From Andalucia godoyi And28 (lineage: Eukaryota > Protista > Jakobida), in the NCBI GenBank assembly GCA_009859145.1, contig VRVR01000017.1:64607-128606 (forward strand): a stretch of DNA of 64,000 nt. Direction: 5' to 3'. Positions 20,722 to 32,395 of this stretch are shown here, in pieces; position 1 is the stretch's first letter, and each line of letters starts with the position of its first letter. The notes under the pieces were generated by a model that worked only from the letters and a program-made list of their open reading frames with translations, was not told the DNA's origin and searched no databases. The position numbers and the translations under genes are program-made.

Positions 20722-21981
20722 TCAGGAAAGCTTCGTCCGTTTGGAATCCGGTCCGTCCGACTCGCCAGCCTCCGTGTCACGTTTCAAAGGAGCAGCCGTC
20801 CTTACTGCTGGCGGAGGCGGGATGGACATTGGAGGCGGCGGTGGTGGTATTGCAGGCAGTGTAATCGACGGAATGAACATGGGAGGCGGCGGGATTGCAG
20901 AGAGCGGCTTCGGAATTTCAGACATTGGAGTTGACGGAGGTGGAGGTGGAGGAATTGCAAAGGAAGGAGCATTAAAGTACGGAAACGGAATAGGAGGTGG
21001 AGGCGGATGTGGATGTGGCTGCAGGTGTGGGTGCGGCGGCATCATGATGGAAGACCCAGACGGGTTGAAATGAGGAGGCGCAAACAAAGGCAATGGCGGT
21101 GGAGGAACGGTGAATGAAGAGGAGCCTATTGCAGACACCGAAGACGGCGACGATGCAACTGGGGTAGAGAGAACCACGGCTGCAGGAGGAGGAGGGGGAG
21201 GGGGAGGAGGAGCCGGAGCCGGAGATGGAGATGGAGATGGAGCTGCAGAAGGAGCTGCAGAAGGATGAGGGGTTGCAGGCAAAGGCGAGGCTGGAAAAGA
21301 AGGTTCCGACACGGGAGCTTGTTGCGGCTGATCGTCTGCAGAGACATTAGCGCTCGCTCGTTCAGCCTGTATCTTCTTGCCCCGTTCTCGAAACTCCGCA
21401 TACTGTTTCTCGACATGCGAAATCAAGTCTCGCACAAGCACACAGGCGTCCTTCACACTGGACTCGTTCACCGCGGATATATGAAAATGCAACAGCTCAT
21501 CCTCTTCGTCTTCGTCCTCATGCTGATAGCTGCTGTTGTGGTGATGGTGGCGGTGGTGGTGGTGATCAGACGCCCCCGTTCCGCGCCCCTTCAACAAAAC
21601 TCGAGTGTTTGTCTCTCTTGCCACAAACTTGATAAATTCGCCTTGTGGACCAAGCAGCTTCGCGGGCAGCCGAAATCCAGGATGCGGATATTCGAAATCC
21701 GGGTGCTTTTCACTGACGAATACCTTCTCTGTGACTCCAGTCCATTTTCTTCGAGAGTCCGTAACTGCCTGGACCTCTGACAATGCCATCTCTAATTTCT
21801 GAGGAGTGTCTGCAGTAATCAGCAAGTGCAAAGGAGGCGAACCGCGAAACGTCCCTTTCGTCACAATCGACGCACCAGACCGCTGCTCAGCTTCCTTTTG
21901 CCAATTGGACCGCGTTAGCAGGTGGCGGCTCGGAAGATCGTCAATGACGAACACATGCTCAAGTTGCTGTTCATCTGCCAT
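20722..21981 (-). CDS. KH-domain RNA-binding protein (KHDC4/BLOM7-like) with Pro-rich tail
   Basis: IDDLPSRHLLT..SGASIVTKG..PLHLLI and AKLLGPQGEFIKFVARETNTRVLLKGRG KH folds. ATG 21981. Confidence 0.85.
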   Translation of the reverse strand: MADEQQLEHVFVIDDLPSRHLLTRSNWQKEAEQRSGASIVTKGTFRGSPPLHLLITADTPQKLEMALSEVQAVTDSRRKWTGVTEKVFVSEKHPDFEYPHPGFRLPAKLLGPQGEFIKFVARETNTRVLLKGRGTGASDHHHHRHHHHNSSYQHEDEDEEDELLHFHISAVNESSVKDACVLVRDLISHVEKQYAEFRERGKKIQAERASANVSADDQPQQAPVSEPSFPASPLPATPHPSAAPSAAPSPSPSPAPAPPPPPPPPPAAVVLSTPVASSPSSVSAIGSSSFTVPPPPLPLFAPPHFNPSGSSIMMPPHPHLQPHPHPPPPPIPFPYFNAPSFAIPPPPPPSTPMSEIPKPLSAIPPPPMFIPSITLPAIPPPPPPMSIPPPPAVRTAAPLKRDTEAGESDGPDSKRTKLS

Positions 21982-22524
21982 GTTTTTTGTGCATTTCGTG
22001 TTTCTCAGATCCCAAATGCTAAAACACAGTCCTTTAGCCGAAGAGCGCGGAAAACCTGACGATCGACCGTTTTGCGTACGAACATCAAACAGCCTCATAC
22101 CGGAAGTTTGTTTGGTTTATCTAACCCTATAAGGGGACGCGATTTTCTTACCGTAGTCAAGTCTAGAATTTCTTTCATTCTTTCACTTCTTATTCTTTCT
22201 GTTTATTCCTGGTTTGCTTGGTTTTTGATCATCGAACCGTCAAGCACCTTTCATCAATGACAAAGACAAAACATCGCATGGCTCCAAAGAGGGATCTTTC
22301 CATTAAACTCAAACCTGCCATGCTCGATGATGCCGAGAGAATCAAAAAACTCGTTGATTCCGTCTCGTTGGAGGCGGAGAGCAAGAAGAAGATCGTCGTC
22401 AGACGGCTGAGCAAGATATTTTAAATCACGAAGATGTGATCGATTGCGCGTTCGGAATGCGCTTTCGAGTCAGAGAACAAGTAGAGAGCAAAGGCAAAAA
22501 GCGTAGTCAGGCGCGGGGTCGTTC

Positions 22525-22750
22525 GCCGACCACATTCTGTTTCCTCCAACGTTCATTTTTATTGTTTTTTTGAATGTTGAATTGATTGGGAAATGTGTTG
22601 GTTGGTTGCGATGACGCTTTGACCGCATTGAAGAGTTGGCGCTCGCCCCAAATAATAACAAAAAAAAAAACCTGAGGGATTGGGTCTGTCTTCGGCGAGA
22701 GCTCATCCGATGACCGATAGCGATTCATGTTTTGAGCGAGCGGCAGTGCC
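22525..22750. repeat. Diverged dispersed direct repeat, copy 1 (partner at about 34265-34452)
   Basis: Shared blocks CAACGTTCATT, GCATTGAAGAGTTGG(C/T)GCTCGCCCCAAAT, CGATGACC and GATTCATGT...GCGAGCGG. Confidence 0.7.
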
Positions 22751-23116
22751 ATTCCGTGAGCTCTTCTAACCTGCATCTCGTCGGGAATTTTCTGCTTTTG
22801 GCAAAACTGCGGGGAAGATTCGTCCTTCGGGAATCGGATATTTTTCCCTTTGCGTTCCCCGATATTTTTGGAGCGTCAAAAAATAGAACAGATGCTGACA
22901 AGAAAACTGCAACACAAACTTGCACTTTACGTAGAAATTATCTCCACATCATTACAGGTTATCACGGGTTTGGTTTTTTAAAAATTTCTTCCGTTTCTAT
23001 TCATTCTTTGCTCTGTAAAGTTGGACTTTTTGTTATCTTGACTCTGCGGAAAACAGAGAGAAGAAGAAAGAAAGAAAACAAAGACAAGGGGAAAACAAAG
23101 AAGAAAAAATCCGATC

Positions 23117-23488
23117 ATGAACCGACTCGCTGCATTTGCCAAAGCTGCAACCTCGATGTACGTTGCCGGCGCTGCTATAACAGGTGTAACGATCGCTGCG
23201 GTCACAGTTCCTGCGGTGATGGCGTATCCGCGACCTGTGCACATTGGGCCACTGGATGTGAAATTTCACGTCCGAGAACACCTCGAAGCTTCCTTTGAAA
23301 GGTCCACAAGGCTGCAACGACTCGTGCAACAAGAAAGCTTGTGGATCGTCGACACCGTTCTGTTCTGGCCGATGTACGCAAAACACTTGCTCATGGAAGA
23401 ATACAGAAATGTGGAGCAAAGGAAAATCATAGTCGCTTGCGACATTGTTCCTTCCAAAATGAGTGCTGTAGAAATCAGTCTGCATTAG
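23117..23488 (+). CDS. Small hypothetical protein with hydrophobic N-terminus
   Basis: ATG follows an A-rich leader; coding-like composition; no family recognised. Confidence 0.55.
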   Translation: MNRLAAFAKAATSMYVAGAAITGVTIAAVTVPAVMAYPRPVHIGPLDVKFHVREHLEASFERSTRLQRLVQQESLWIVDTVLFWPMYAKHLLMEEYRNVEQRKIIVACDIVPSKMSAVEISLH

Positions 23489-23780
23489 GAGAACCCGTTG
23501 CTGTCCCATCCCTCTCCCTCTCCCTCTCCCTCTCCCTCTCCCTCTCCTCTCCCACACACAGTGAAGGGTGTCCGTTGGACGCCAGGCTGCCGTCATACGT
23601 CTTCCTTGGAGTTTCCGCGCGGGCGTTTGCGCGCTGTTTCAAATTTATACACGTGTTGGAGGATGGCGCTCGTCAACCTTCACAGACGTGCTCGGGGACC
23701 ATGGGGTGTAAGCATTGCAATAAATCGAACGTCAGCACTAGAACCCGCACGACGGTGGATAGATGAACACATTGCAGGAA

Positions 23781-24674
23781 TTACGACTTCTGGATCGATA
23801 TGGATTGAACGAATTCTTCTCGAAACCCAGCTGGAATGGAGTCTGCAGCAGCACTCGAAAGCAACTTCTGTGGCGGTATCCAGTAACGCGTAGCAGGTGC
23901 CGTTTCAAAATTGTGCTTGCGAACAACGTATTCCACCAAGTTTGCAATGACAGCCCCGCCTCGAGCAGAAGGCTCAATCTGCAGTTCGTACAAGGACGGT
24001 TCGTCCGCGTCGAAGGTATCGGAGAGATGAACGACTGGAATGCGATGTCTTGCAGCGAGCTCAAAGATTGGAGAATATGCAAAGGAAATGAGGTTGGTCA
24101 GTTTGTCCATTGGAGATCCAGGGCCCGGAATCCTGGCCATCGCTTCATACACGCCGTATGTTTGCGGTGCTTTCTTACTGTGACAAGGTTTGTACTGTGT
24201 CATGATGATGATGTGCGCGTTCGGACACGCTGCTTGAATCTGTTCGATGATTCGCGGGTAGTTTCTCCAAAATTTGTCTATTCGAGACTGCAGCTGAGAC
24301 ATGTTTCCGAGAATTTCGCGAACATCATTTCCTCCCACACTGAGTACAACATGAGACGGAGAAAGAGACTGGAGATGGTCCATCGGTGCAAACACGCCTT
24401 TTCCATCGGCCGATTCGGGGAAAGGATCTCCAGCCGCCAAGCGCGCCGAACCAGAAATGAAAGGAACAGCGCCATGCAGCACATCTGAAGTTGTAAAGCC
24501 GTCTGCTGCGTAATTCGTGACCTTGATATTCGACTGCAGAATATGAGGATGAGTTGTCCGCAAACGACGAAGCAACAAAGATGGAACACTGTCCTCGTAT
24601 CGGCCCTGCACCCACACGACATTGTCCAGCGTAGAATCGCCCAGAAGCGCAATGTGCACCGCCAAACGCGCCAT
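23781..24674 (-). CDS. SGNH/GDSL-type hydrolase
   Basis: IALLGDSTLDN (block I), VVLSVGGND (block III), IEPSARGG at the block V position. ATG 24674. Confidence 0.85.
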   Translation of the reverse strand: MARLAVHIALLGDSTLDNVVWVQGRYEDSVPSLLLRRLRTTHPHILQSNIKVTNYAADGFTTSDVLHGAVPFISGSARLAAGDPFPESADGKGVFAPMDHLQSLSPSHVVLSVGGNDVREILGNMSQLQSRIDKFWRNYPRIIEQIQAACPNAHIIIMTQYKPCHSKKAPQTYGVYEAMARIPGPGSPMDKLTNLISFAYSPIFELAARHRIPVVHLSDTFDADEPSLYELQIEPSARGGAVIANLVEYVVRKHNFETAPATRYWIPPQKLLSSAAADSIPAGFREEFVQSISIQKS

Positions 24675-25376
24675 TTTTGTAACCACACCACAGAGCGAAC
24701 GAGCCAGAACACAGCTCCAGGGTCAGGCAGACCCGGGAAAAAAACACAAATGTGCACTCGTGGCACGAGTGGTGGGTATGCTGCTCTCCGATTGCTGTTG
24801 TAACGCAGATGCAAGTTCGTGCACTCCCGCCTCGAGGTCAATGGGGGGGGCCTTTCCTGGGCTTTTTTTCCAGACTGGACTTGCTTGTTCAAGACGTGGA
24901 AACTCGAAGCTTCGATCTCACGATCGTTGCTGTGGCATCGGGACGTCAACATCGAAGTCGTTCCTAAATGGTGCGAGCAAACCAGCTTTCGGCTCCTTCC
25001 AAAAGCGTCCAAACTACCACATCGTCGCATAAAAATCCGTCACGCTGCCCAGCGGCTTCCTCGGTGGTTTTCGACAGCGTCACACGTTTCTTGTCAACCT
25101 CGAATTTCGTCTTCACCGCCAGTTGCGTTGACTTCTTGTACACTTCCAAAAACCTAGGAAATTTCTTTCTCGAAACCAAAAACTTCATTTTCCCCCTTCT
25201 TCACAAGCTTTCCTGCATTCCTCTAGTCCTTTTCCTCTCCTTTGCTTCCTCTTCGTTCTTGTTCTCTTTTTTTTTAATTTTCGCCCACAGCCCAGCAAAC
25301 TCTCCAACCAGCCTTTTCAGCAGACCAGTGAGAAAAACAGCAACAACAATATTTTAACAAGAAAAAGAACAAAAAA

Positions 25377-25907
25377 ATGCTCCCGGAAATGGCCGAATTG
25401 CAGCTGCCGTTGTCATTCATCCGCCGGGCGTCGTCAAATGGCCAGTCCTTGTCGACTGCACAGAACCTTAATGAGACTTTCGCAAGCTGTTTCTACAATC
25501 GACATCTTTCCATGAGTGAGTCGGATCACTTTGGAGACGATACCGTCTCTCTTGCGGACTCGGACATGGACGACTGGACGGACTCTGAAGAAGACAGCGT
25601 TGATGGCATTGTCTTCACCGATGCCAACCATGAGTCCACCACCAATGCCGCAGCTCGGTTCCACATCCGATGCGAAGTGCAGTACTTCATGCACGGCAGC
25701 TCATCGCAGGATGGAGACTCTCCCATTCAGGAATTTCATATTCCAGTTCGCAGCAACATCAACATCACCTCCCTTCCAAGCGTATCGCACTCCTCTGCTG
25801 CAGCAGACGCAGACGCTCCTGCGATGATGATGATGATATCGATGGACCAGTCGACTCCAGTCAAACGGGCCTCGCTAGTAATCTTTGACGACAGCTCTGA
25901 TTTGTGA
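25377..25907 (+). CDS. Hypothetical acidic/Ser-rich protein
   Basis: 176-aa ORF with ATG after an A-rich leader; no motif recognised. Confidence 0.55.
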   Translation: MLPEMAELQLPLSFIRRASSNGQSLSTAQNLNETFASCFYNRHLSMSESDHFGDDTVSLADSDMDDWTDSEEDSVDGIVFTDANHESTTNAAARFHIRCEVQYFMHGSSSQDGDSPIQEFHIPVRSNINITSLPSVSHSSAAADADAPAMMMMISMDQSTPVKRASLVIFDDSSDL

Positions 25908-26685
25908 TGGGATCCTGCAAGACGTGAAGGAAGCCACACAACACAACAAGCAGAAGACAAAAAGAGAGGGGGTGGGGGGCACATTGAAGCTGGTCATGCG
26001 AAATCGTCCTTGTCGGTCTCTGACTCTTCTTTTACCCCTTCGCTTCCTTTTCCCTCTCTCGCCCGTAATCAGGGGATCAAAAGAACTCCCCCGACCTCGA
26101 ATGTATGTAACGTCTTCCGCGCTCACGACAAAGAATGAGAAGAAGAAAAAACACGATGTTGGAATGCATTGGTTCCTCTTGTACATAAAATTTATCTTAT
26201 CTTTGGGAATCAAGTCTTGAAGGCCTCTTCTTCTTCCCCCGCTGTCGCAAACTTCATTCGTCATTCCTGCGGTTTTCTCATTCTCGTCCTCCTATCCACC
26301 ACCTCTTTCCCCGGTAATGCAACGCACACCGCACTCCCCTCTCCCCGCGGGTTGCAACACCGAGTGTGCTTCGTCGGTGGTGGCTATGGATAAGCAGTGC
26401 ACGTTGGGCGACGGTAACAAACGCAAACAGACAGCTACTGTACTGTCGAGCTGTGCACAGTCCAGATTTGAGCATCTGAGTTGAGACTGCAAAGCTACGA
26501 TCTCACCGCCCGCTACTGGTTGCTATCGACAGGTCCGGGCACTCCCCACACCACAGCCCTTGCGCAACGTCTCCATTGTTATTTTTACTTTTTATTTTTC
26601 ATTTTGTTATTATTTTTGGGAGGTTTTAGGTTTGCGTTTGAGTATTTAGGAGAGATTTCACTATTAAAAACATCATTGTAGCAAC

Positions 26686-27384
26686 ATGCGTGTCCTTGGT
26701 GTGTTTCTTGCAGTTCTCTGCATGTCTGCGTCCTTTGTGCGTGCTGGAACGCGCATGCAGTCCAATGCACCTGATCTGTGCCCGCTGTGCATGGACTCGT
26801 TTGAGGAATCCATGGCGGCTCTTGTCGAGGTGATTGACGCCGGCGTCATCTTTGGAGGATGCGGACAGCTGTGCGGAAAGGTCTTCACACAGACTATTGA
26901 GTTTGAGGCGTGCACTGCACTGTGCGGAATGGTGGGTATCAACACCTTCATGAATCTCGTCAAGAAGGCGGACTTGTCGTACATCTCGCTCTGCGAAGAC
27001 CTCAAGGTCTGTCCGACGGTCGACTGCACAGGAAACTGCGGCGCAATCAATGAGCTGACTCTCCGTCCACAGGTTGCGTCTGCTGGTGACGAAGTCAAGC
27101 TGAACGTTTCCTTCACGATCGCCCAACAGTTTGGAGCTGGTCAGATCTCGTACTCGATCCTTAACGACGCCGGTGATTTGCAGGTGTTGAACGCCTGGAA
27201 TGTCCCGCTCTTCAAGCCCGCCGGACAGACATCGCACGTCTTCGGCATTGATCTTCCTGATGACGACACCATGGAGCCGGGCGAGTATGTGGTCAAAGTT
27301 TCGCTTTGCGACGGCGAATGCGGCTCCAAGAGACCTCACTCGGCACTTTATGATACACAGTCCATCCAGCTTACTGTCCAGTAA
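26686..27384 (+). CDS. Secreted countin-like saposin-domain protein with C-terminal beta-sandwich
   Basis: Signal peptide; CPLC...GGCGQLC...CTALCGMVGINTF...ADL...LCEDLKVC six-Cys saposin pattern typical of countin-like proteins. Confidence 0.8.
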   Translation: MRVLGVFLAVLCMSASFVRAGTRMQSNAPDLCPLCMDSFEESMAALVEVIDAGVIFGGCGQLCGKVFTQTIEFEACTALCGMVGINTFMNLVKKADLSYISLCEDLKVCPTVDCTGNCGAINELTLRPQVASAGDEVKLNVSFTIAQQFGAGQISYSILNDAGDLQVLNAWNVPLFKPAGQTSHVFGIDLPDDDTMEPGEYVVKVSLCDGECGSKRPHSALYDTQSIQLTVQ

Positions 27385-27696
27385 TGTGCCCCCCACCCTT
27401 GCTCAATTTTTTTTTTTTTTGTTTGGTGCTTGTTGTCGCGCTCCGTAAACGATTTGCTGTTCAATCCACATCATTCGTATGTCGCCACACGCACTGGCTT
27501 GCTGGTTCACTTGTGCCCCCCCCCCCCCCCGATCGCTGTGCACACACGCTCAGTGAAGGCCTCCGTTGCGTTCGGTGTTAGTTGTCTTAGAGCTCTGCAA
27601 CAGCCAGCAAAAAAAAAACCAAAAAACCGACAAGAGATGTCTATGTGCGATGCGACGATTGACACCATCTCTTTTTCTTCTCTTCTTGTTACTGTT

Positions 27697-29004
27697 TCAG
27701 TTCTTGTAGATTTCCACGGCCGACATGATACACTGAACACACGCATAGCCACAAGCACCGATTCCAAAGACTACCACGGATAGATCAAACAGTTTTCGGT
27801 TCGTGGACGCCGTTCGCTTTGTTACAGTGTAATGCATCAGCGGAGGGAAAATAAACATGAGAGGAATGCACGTGAAGGCCCCTACAAAGTCAATTACAAG
27901 CCCAAAGTTGGGGATCGCCAGCGCAAGCCCCACCGTCAGCAGCACGGCACCTAGTCGAACCCCATTTCGTTTCCACTCCACGGCATTGGTAGGTTCAACT
28001 AACGCATCTTCGCCAAATAGACTCTTTTCAACCAACTCCACTGCTGGATACGCCATCAACGGATACGTCCCGAGAATCGCGAGAATCAGCGAGATCAATA
28101 CGATTGTGGTCAGCGGTCCGCCGGGAAGCTCCATGGTGATTACAGCATCCACATCGCTGCCATACGCAGAATAGCCCACCGCGCCGAACGCCATGAATAT
28201 GACCGCCGCAACAGCAAACACCCATGCAAGCGTGCCGGGATACGCTCGTCTATTCTTCATCGTGCTCTCCACAGGAAGCACAGTAGCAATTCCTTCAAAT
28301 GCATAGCACAGCCCCGAAAGATACTGAATGAAACCAGAACTCGCAGAGACAACGCCGCTTCCATGGCCAACCTTGTCCGCAGAATATCCAATCACACATG
28401 AAATCCCGACGACGATGCACAGATTAGAAAATCCAGAAACCGGTCCAAGAACCCTCATGCTTCGCAGCAGAGTCAGACCGTACACAACAGGAAACACGCA
28501 CAAGATCCAGAACTTGGTGTCCAGTTCGGAGACCAAACGATGCATGTTCGTCGAGATGAAGATGACATAGACGGTGCAAAACCCCAGCTGCGACGCAACG
28601 ATGGAAGTGTACGCAACAACCTTTCCCGCCTGTCCATACAAAAGCGTCATCATTTGCGGAAACGTCAGAATTTCAGGCGCGTCCCTTGGCAGCTGTTTCT
28701 GCATCAAGTACTTCGTATCGACAAGCATAATCATGCAAAAGTACGACAGCACAGCTACCGGCGGAACTGCAACGATGCCAAGCCACAGACCCGCAAGCGA
28801 GAATGCGTATGGAAGCCCCAGGAGCCCCGATCCAATAAATGCTTTCAGAGAATTAAAAAACGCTCGCGACGTCGACTGCAAAGGAATCACTCCGCCATGA
28901 CCGTCCGACACAAGCTTGCTTTCGCCCGCGTGTATCAAACTCTCCGTATCGCCCAACGAAGAACTCGGAGATAGCACATCCGAGCTGCGTCTCTGCACAT
29001 GCAT
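27697..29004 (-). CDS. Amino acid/auxin permease (AAAP, SLC36/Avt3-like) transporter
   Basis: LKAFIGSGLLGLPYAF, QLGFCTVYVIF, YAFEGIATVLPVESTMK and FIFPPLMH; about 11 TM segments. Confidence 0.93.
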   Translation of the reverse strand: MHVQRRSSDVLSPSSSLGDTESLIHAGESKLVSDGHGGVIPLQSTSRAFFNSLKAFIGSGLLGLPYAFSLAGLWLGIVAVPPVAVLSYFCMIMLVDTKYLMQKQLPRDAPEILTFPQMMTLLYGQAGKVVAYTSIVASQLGFCTVYVIFISTNMHRLVSELDTKFWILCVFPVVYGLTLLRSMRVLGPVSGFSNLCIVVGISCVIGYSADKVGHGSGVVSASSGFIQYLSGLCYAFEGIATVLPVESTMKNRRAYPGTLAWVFAVAAVIFMAFGAVGYSAYGSDVDAVITMELPGGPLTTIVLISLILAILGTYPLMAYPAVELVEKSLFGEDALVEPTNAVEWKRNGVRLGAVLLTVGLALAIPNFGLVIDFVGAFTCIPLMFIFPPLMHYTVTKRTASTNRKLFDLSVVVFGIGACGYACVQCIMSAVEIYKN

Positions 29005-29431
29005 CCTCCTTTCTCTATTCTCCCTCTCTTTTTCGAAATCTCAAAAAACAGCCCACTCGGTTCTCAATGCTCTCTGGTTTCGGTTCCCACTCGCTAAAAC
29101 GCGTGGTGCAGTTGAAAGGGAACTACAGCCGACGCCGAGGTTTTATTACTTTATTACCGTATCAACCCAGGAGCCGTATTTCATGCTGTTGCTGATTTGG
29201 GCATCTCTCTTTCTGCTTTTCTTTTTGGCTGCCGACTCAGTGGTTGTGGGGAGGGGAGGTTCTTATTTCCATACTTGATTGGAGTCTTAGAGGGAGAAAG
29301 AATAATATAGCATTTGTAAATACCGTACGTTGGGGGCGGGAGTTTGGAGGGGGAGTTGAGCGCTGTTGTTGCTTTGGTACGTGGTAGTTTTTGATCAGTC
29401 GTCCAACATCACGCAGAATTTCTGAGAACAG

Positions 29432-32071
29432 ATGTCGTCAATGTCCATTGTGAATGTCATTTGTCAGCCACCGGTGTTTCAGCGCGTTGCGTCGTTCTTG
29501 TCGCTGGAAGTGGACGGATATGCTCTTCATCTTGTGAATTCGTCCTTTTTGGATTTGTTTGCTCAGAATGTTTGCTACTTTTGGATAGACGAGCCCGTTT
29601 CACTGCTACGCTTCGACGCTTTGTCCAAGTTGGTACTATCACGGCCGTTCATTCCGCGTGGTACGGCGGGATGGATCAAGTTACGAACGATCCCAATCTT
29701 GCGATATTTGCACAGGGATTCCTTGCAACACGAGGATGGACTATTGCAATCGATCATAGATGGCGCAGCGCTGATCTCTCACATTTCGTTCTTCTGTGAG
29801 TTGTCGACGGATGACGCCGCACGGAAAAGGCAATTGCAGTCGCTGGTGCTGCCTCCAGTCCTTGCACGCGATCTGCCTGCTGGCTGCCAGATTGTTTTCA
29901 AGAATGTTTATTTTGCAGATACTGTAGAGCTTTTGGTTGCTCTCTGGCCCCGCCACTTTCGTTTGGTTTTTCACATTGATCCAGCAACAGCAATCCGTGA
30001 GTCTGGCCTAGAAGCCACTCGCCGGCTATTTACCGATACGATTCCAAAGATCGTCCGTATGAGACGGCACGTGCTGTTTGTCGCATCGCTGGGGTGGTCG
30101 TCGAACATTCCCTCGCTGTCTCGAACGAGCTCGAGTTCGTTGTTAAACAACAACAGCGGCGCGCTTCAGACGGAAGCAGAGACCGATTTCTCGTTTGTGC
30201 ATCGATTGCTTCCTTTCGGTGTCGTTTTTCTGCAGCTGGTCATGTCTGTGAATCGAGAGTCGCAAATGGGCTTCTCTCTGGCGGGTAGGATACACGCTCT
30301 TGCGCTGGAATCTGCGGATGCTTTGGATGGGATGCTTTTGGAAGATCCGCCATTTCGCAGTGGAGAAGCAGTTGCAAATGCCATGAATTCAATGTATGAT
30401 CCGACACCACACGTCGACGACATGAACGTACGCATCCACAGAACTGCAGCTTTCGATCAATTTGTTGTATTGGACGGGATCCGCGGCTCTTTAGACGTCC
30501 AGGACCTCAGGACCGTACACGCAGTTTACCAGCAGAATTTGGAATTGCTGTTGACGCAGCAAATCTCGAGCGAGGAAGGGGATTTGCATGTGGACCAGGG
30601 ATCCTCAAAGATGGTTTCTTTCCGCCCGATGACTGTGGATCTGCACAATGATGCTTCGATTACGGTTCTGCACTCCTTCTTGTGTCAACCGCTGGTTCTT
30701 CAAAATTTGAATTGTCTGAAAGGTCTTTTGATCTTTCGAAACACAGAGGAACGATCCATCATTCCAAAATCGATGAGACATGTTGTTGTCCGCTACGATC
30801 TCGATCTGAACTCTCTGCCGTCGCTAGAATACCTAGTGTACGACGTTCCCTCCGTTCGTGATCACGGTTTTGAGTGGTGGTTCGATGATTTTCGCGAGGC
30901 AGACGAAGATCCATCCGGTGAGCGACAGTTAGTACTGGATTCTCCTCAGGCGATCCTGCAAGTCCGAAATTGCCGGTTTTTGCTGTATGTTCGCACCACT
31001 GCTTTGCTCTTTGTTGAAAACTGCCCCAACATTTCGGGTATCTCAACCAACGGCACGTGCTGCTTCCTCGGTCGCGTGGCGGGACGTCTGCTGCGTCCAG
31101 TGTCACTCCTTCAAAACTGCTTCTTAAATTGCAGTCAGCAATTGGGCCGACAGCTCCCCTGTTTGCAGTCTCTTTCTTGTGCTGTGCCTCGTGGCTGCTC
31201 ATTCATTTCATTGATGGATACTCGCATCTCGCAGCTGAACTTGTTTGGCTCTTCTTTCGACCGCGTGAAATCTACGGTATTCATACAAAGCGCTACACCG
31301 GTTGCTGTCACCTGCACACAGCTGGAAGCCGTGCTGCTGGACGAACTCTCTTGGATGTACATTGGACGGCATGCTGTTCATTCTTCGGTGAACCGGCTGG
31401 ACCTTGTGCAGCGGCTACCCTCAAAGAAGCCGGTCGGGATTGTGGATGAGAAAACATTCTCTCGAGTGCGAGCTTCTCTGCCTCCTCCACTATTGCCGCA
31501 TGCATGCAAACTGTTTCTGCGAGACCGGTTTGTTGTGTACGATGGTATGCTGTTTTGTGGAGGGGTGCCACCGGAGTCTGATCCAAAAGCCTCCGCCTCT
31601 CTGCAGAATGTGGCGTATTCCACGGTCGTCTACATTCAGGCCCCGCCCACCTCCACAATATCGGTTGACGAAACCATTCTGGGCAACTCGGCTGACGTGT
31701 ATTTCATCGTGAATGCGAAGTTGGAAGCCGTGAACATCAAGCTGAACAGTCCTTTTGTCACCAAGCTCCACGTGTCTCCTCGGGCACGCATTCTACTGGA
31801 GTCATACGACGCTCTGACAACAGTGTCGTATCACGGTGACTGTGCTCCTGGAACCGTGACCATTCCTCCTTTTGGTGACCTGCTTCGAGATAACGCTGTT
31901 CCACTCCTCCCGTCTTTGAAGCATATCGTCTTCGATTCGGAGTCGCAGATCCCCACCAATCAACAGCTGCACTTGCGCTCTGATCAGAAAGTCCATTGCT
32001 CCGGGGCCGCGCTGCATTTCCCTTCACTTTTCTTGCATGTTGCTGACAACGGTCCTGACTCCGCACTTTGA
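29432..32071 (+). CDS. Large hypothetical protein, possible F-box-like N-terminus and leucine-rich repeats
   Basis: 879-aa uninterrupted ORF; N-terminal VFQRVASFL; LPSLEYL, LQSLSC and LPSLKHI LRR-like units. Confidence 0.65.
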   Translation: MSSMSIVNVICQPPVFQRVASFLSLEVDGYALHLVNSSFLDLFAQNVCYFWIDEPVSLLRFDALSKLVLSRPFIPRGTAGWIKLRTIPILRYLHRDSLQHEDGLLQSIIDGAALISHISFFCELSTDDAARKRQLQSLVLPPVLARDLPAGCQIVFKNVYFADTVELLVALWPRHFRLVFHIDPATAIRESGLEATRRLFTDTIPKIVRMRRHVLFVASLGWSSNIPSLSRTSSSSLLNNNSGALQTEAETDFSFVHRLLPFGVVFLQLVMSVNRESQMGFSLAGRIHALALESADALDGMLLEDPPFRSGEAVANAMNSMYDPTPHVDDMNVRIHRTAAFDQFVVLDGIRGSLDVQDLRTVHAVYQQNLELLLTQQISSEEGDLHVDQGSSKMVSFRPMTVDLHNDASITVLHSFLCQPLVLQNLNCLKGLLIFRNTEERSIIPKSMRHVVVRYDLDLNSLPSLEYLVYDVPSVRDHGFEWWFDDFREADEDPSGERQLVLDSPQAILQVRNCRFLLYVRTTALLFVENCPNISGISTNGTCCFLGRVAGRLLRPVSLLQNCFLNCSQQLGRQLPCLQSLSCAVPRGCSFISLMDTRISQLNLFGSSFDRVKSTVFIQSATPVAVTCTQLEAVLLDELSWMYIGRHAVHSSVNRLDLVQRLPSKKPVGIVDEKTFSRVRASLPPPLLPHACKLFLRDRFVVYDGMLFCGGVPPESDPKASASLQNVAYSTVVYIQAPPTSTISVDETILGNSADVYFIVNAKLEAVNIKLNSPFVTKLHVSPRARILLESYDALTTVSYHGDCAPGTVTIPPFGDLLRDNAVPLLPSLKHIVFDSESQIPTNQQLHLRSDQKVHCSGAALHFPSLFLHVADNGPDSAL

Positions 32072-32306
32072 ATCACGTAATGTAAATAAAATGAATAGAA
32101 CGGTGCCCTCTGTCCGCACTTCTCCTCTTCCTCTTTCTGTCCAGCCCCGGTCCTAACTCCACTCAGTATAACGCCTGTAAAAATACGCAAACCTCCCCCC
32201 GGAGCCCGACGAGTTCAACAAGCATGGACAAAAAGGCAAAAAGCACGAAACAGCACGAAGCGTTCCTTTTTTATTGATGCCGCAGTTTGGACTTCCATTC
32301 TTCTCT

Positions 32307-32309
<3 letters not shown>

Positions 32310-32344
<35 letters not shown>
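32310..32344. repeat. (TA)n microsatellite
   Basis: About 17 perfect TA units. Confidence 0.95.
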
Positions 32345-32346
<2 letters not shown>

Positions 32347-32395
32347 TTATTGTTTAGATTAGTACATTTGTTTTCGTGCAGGGACCGATTGCGAA

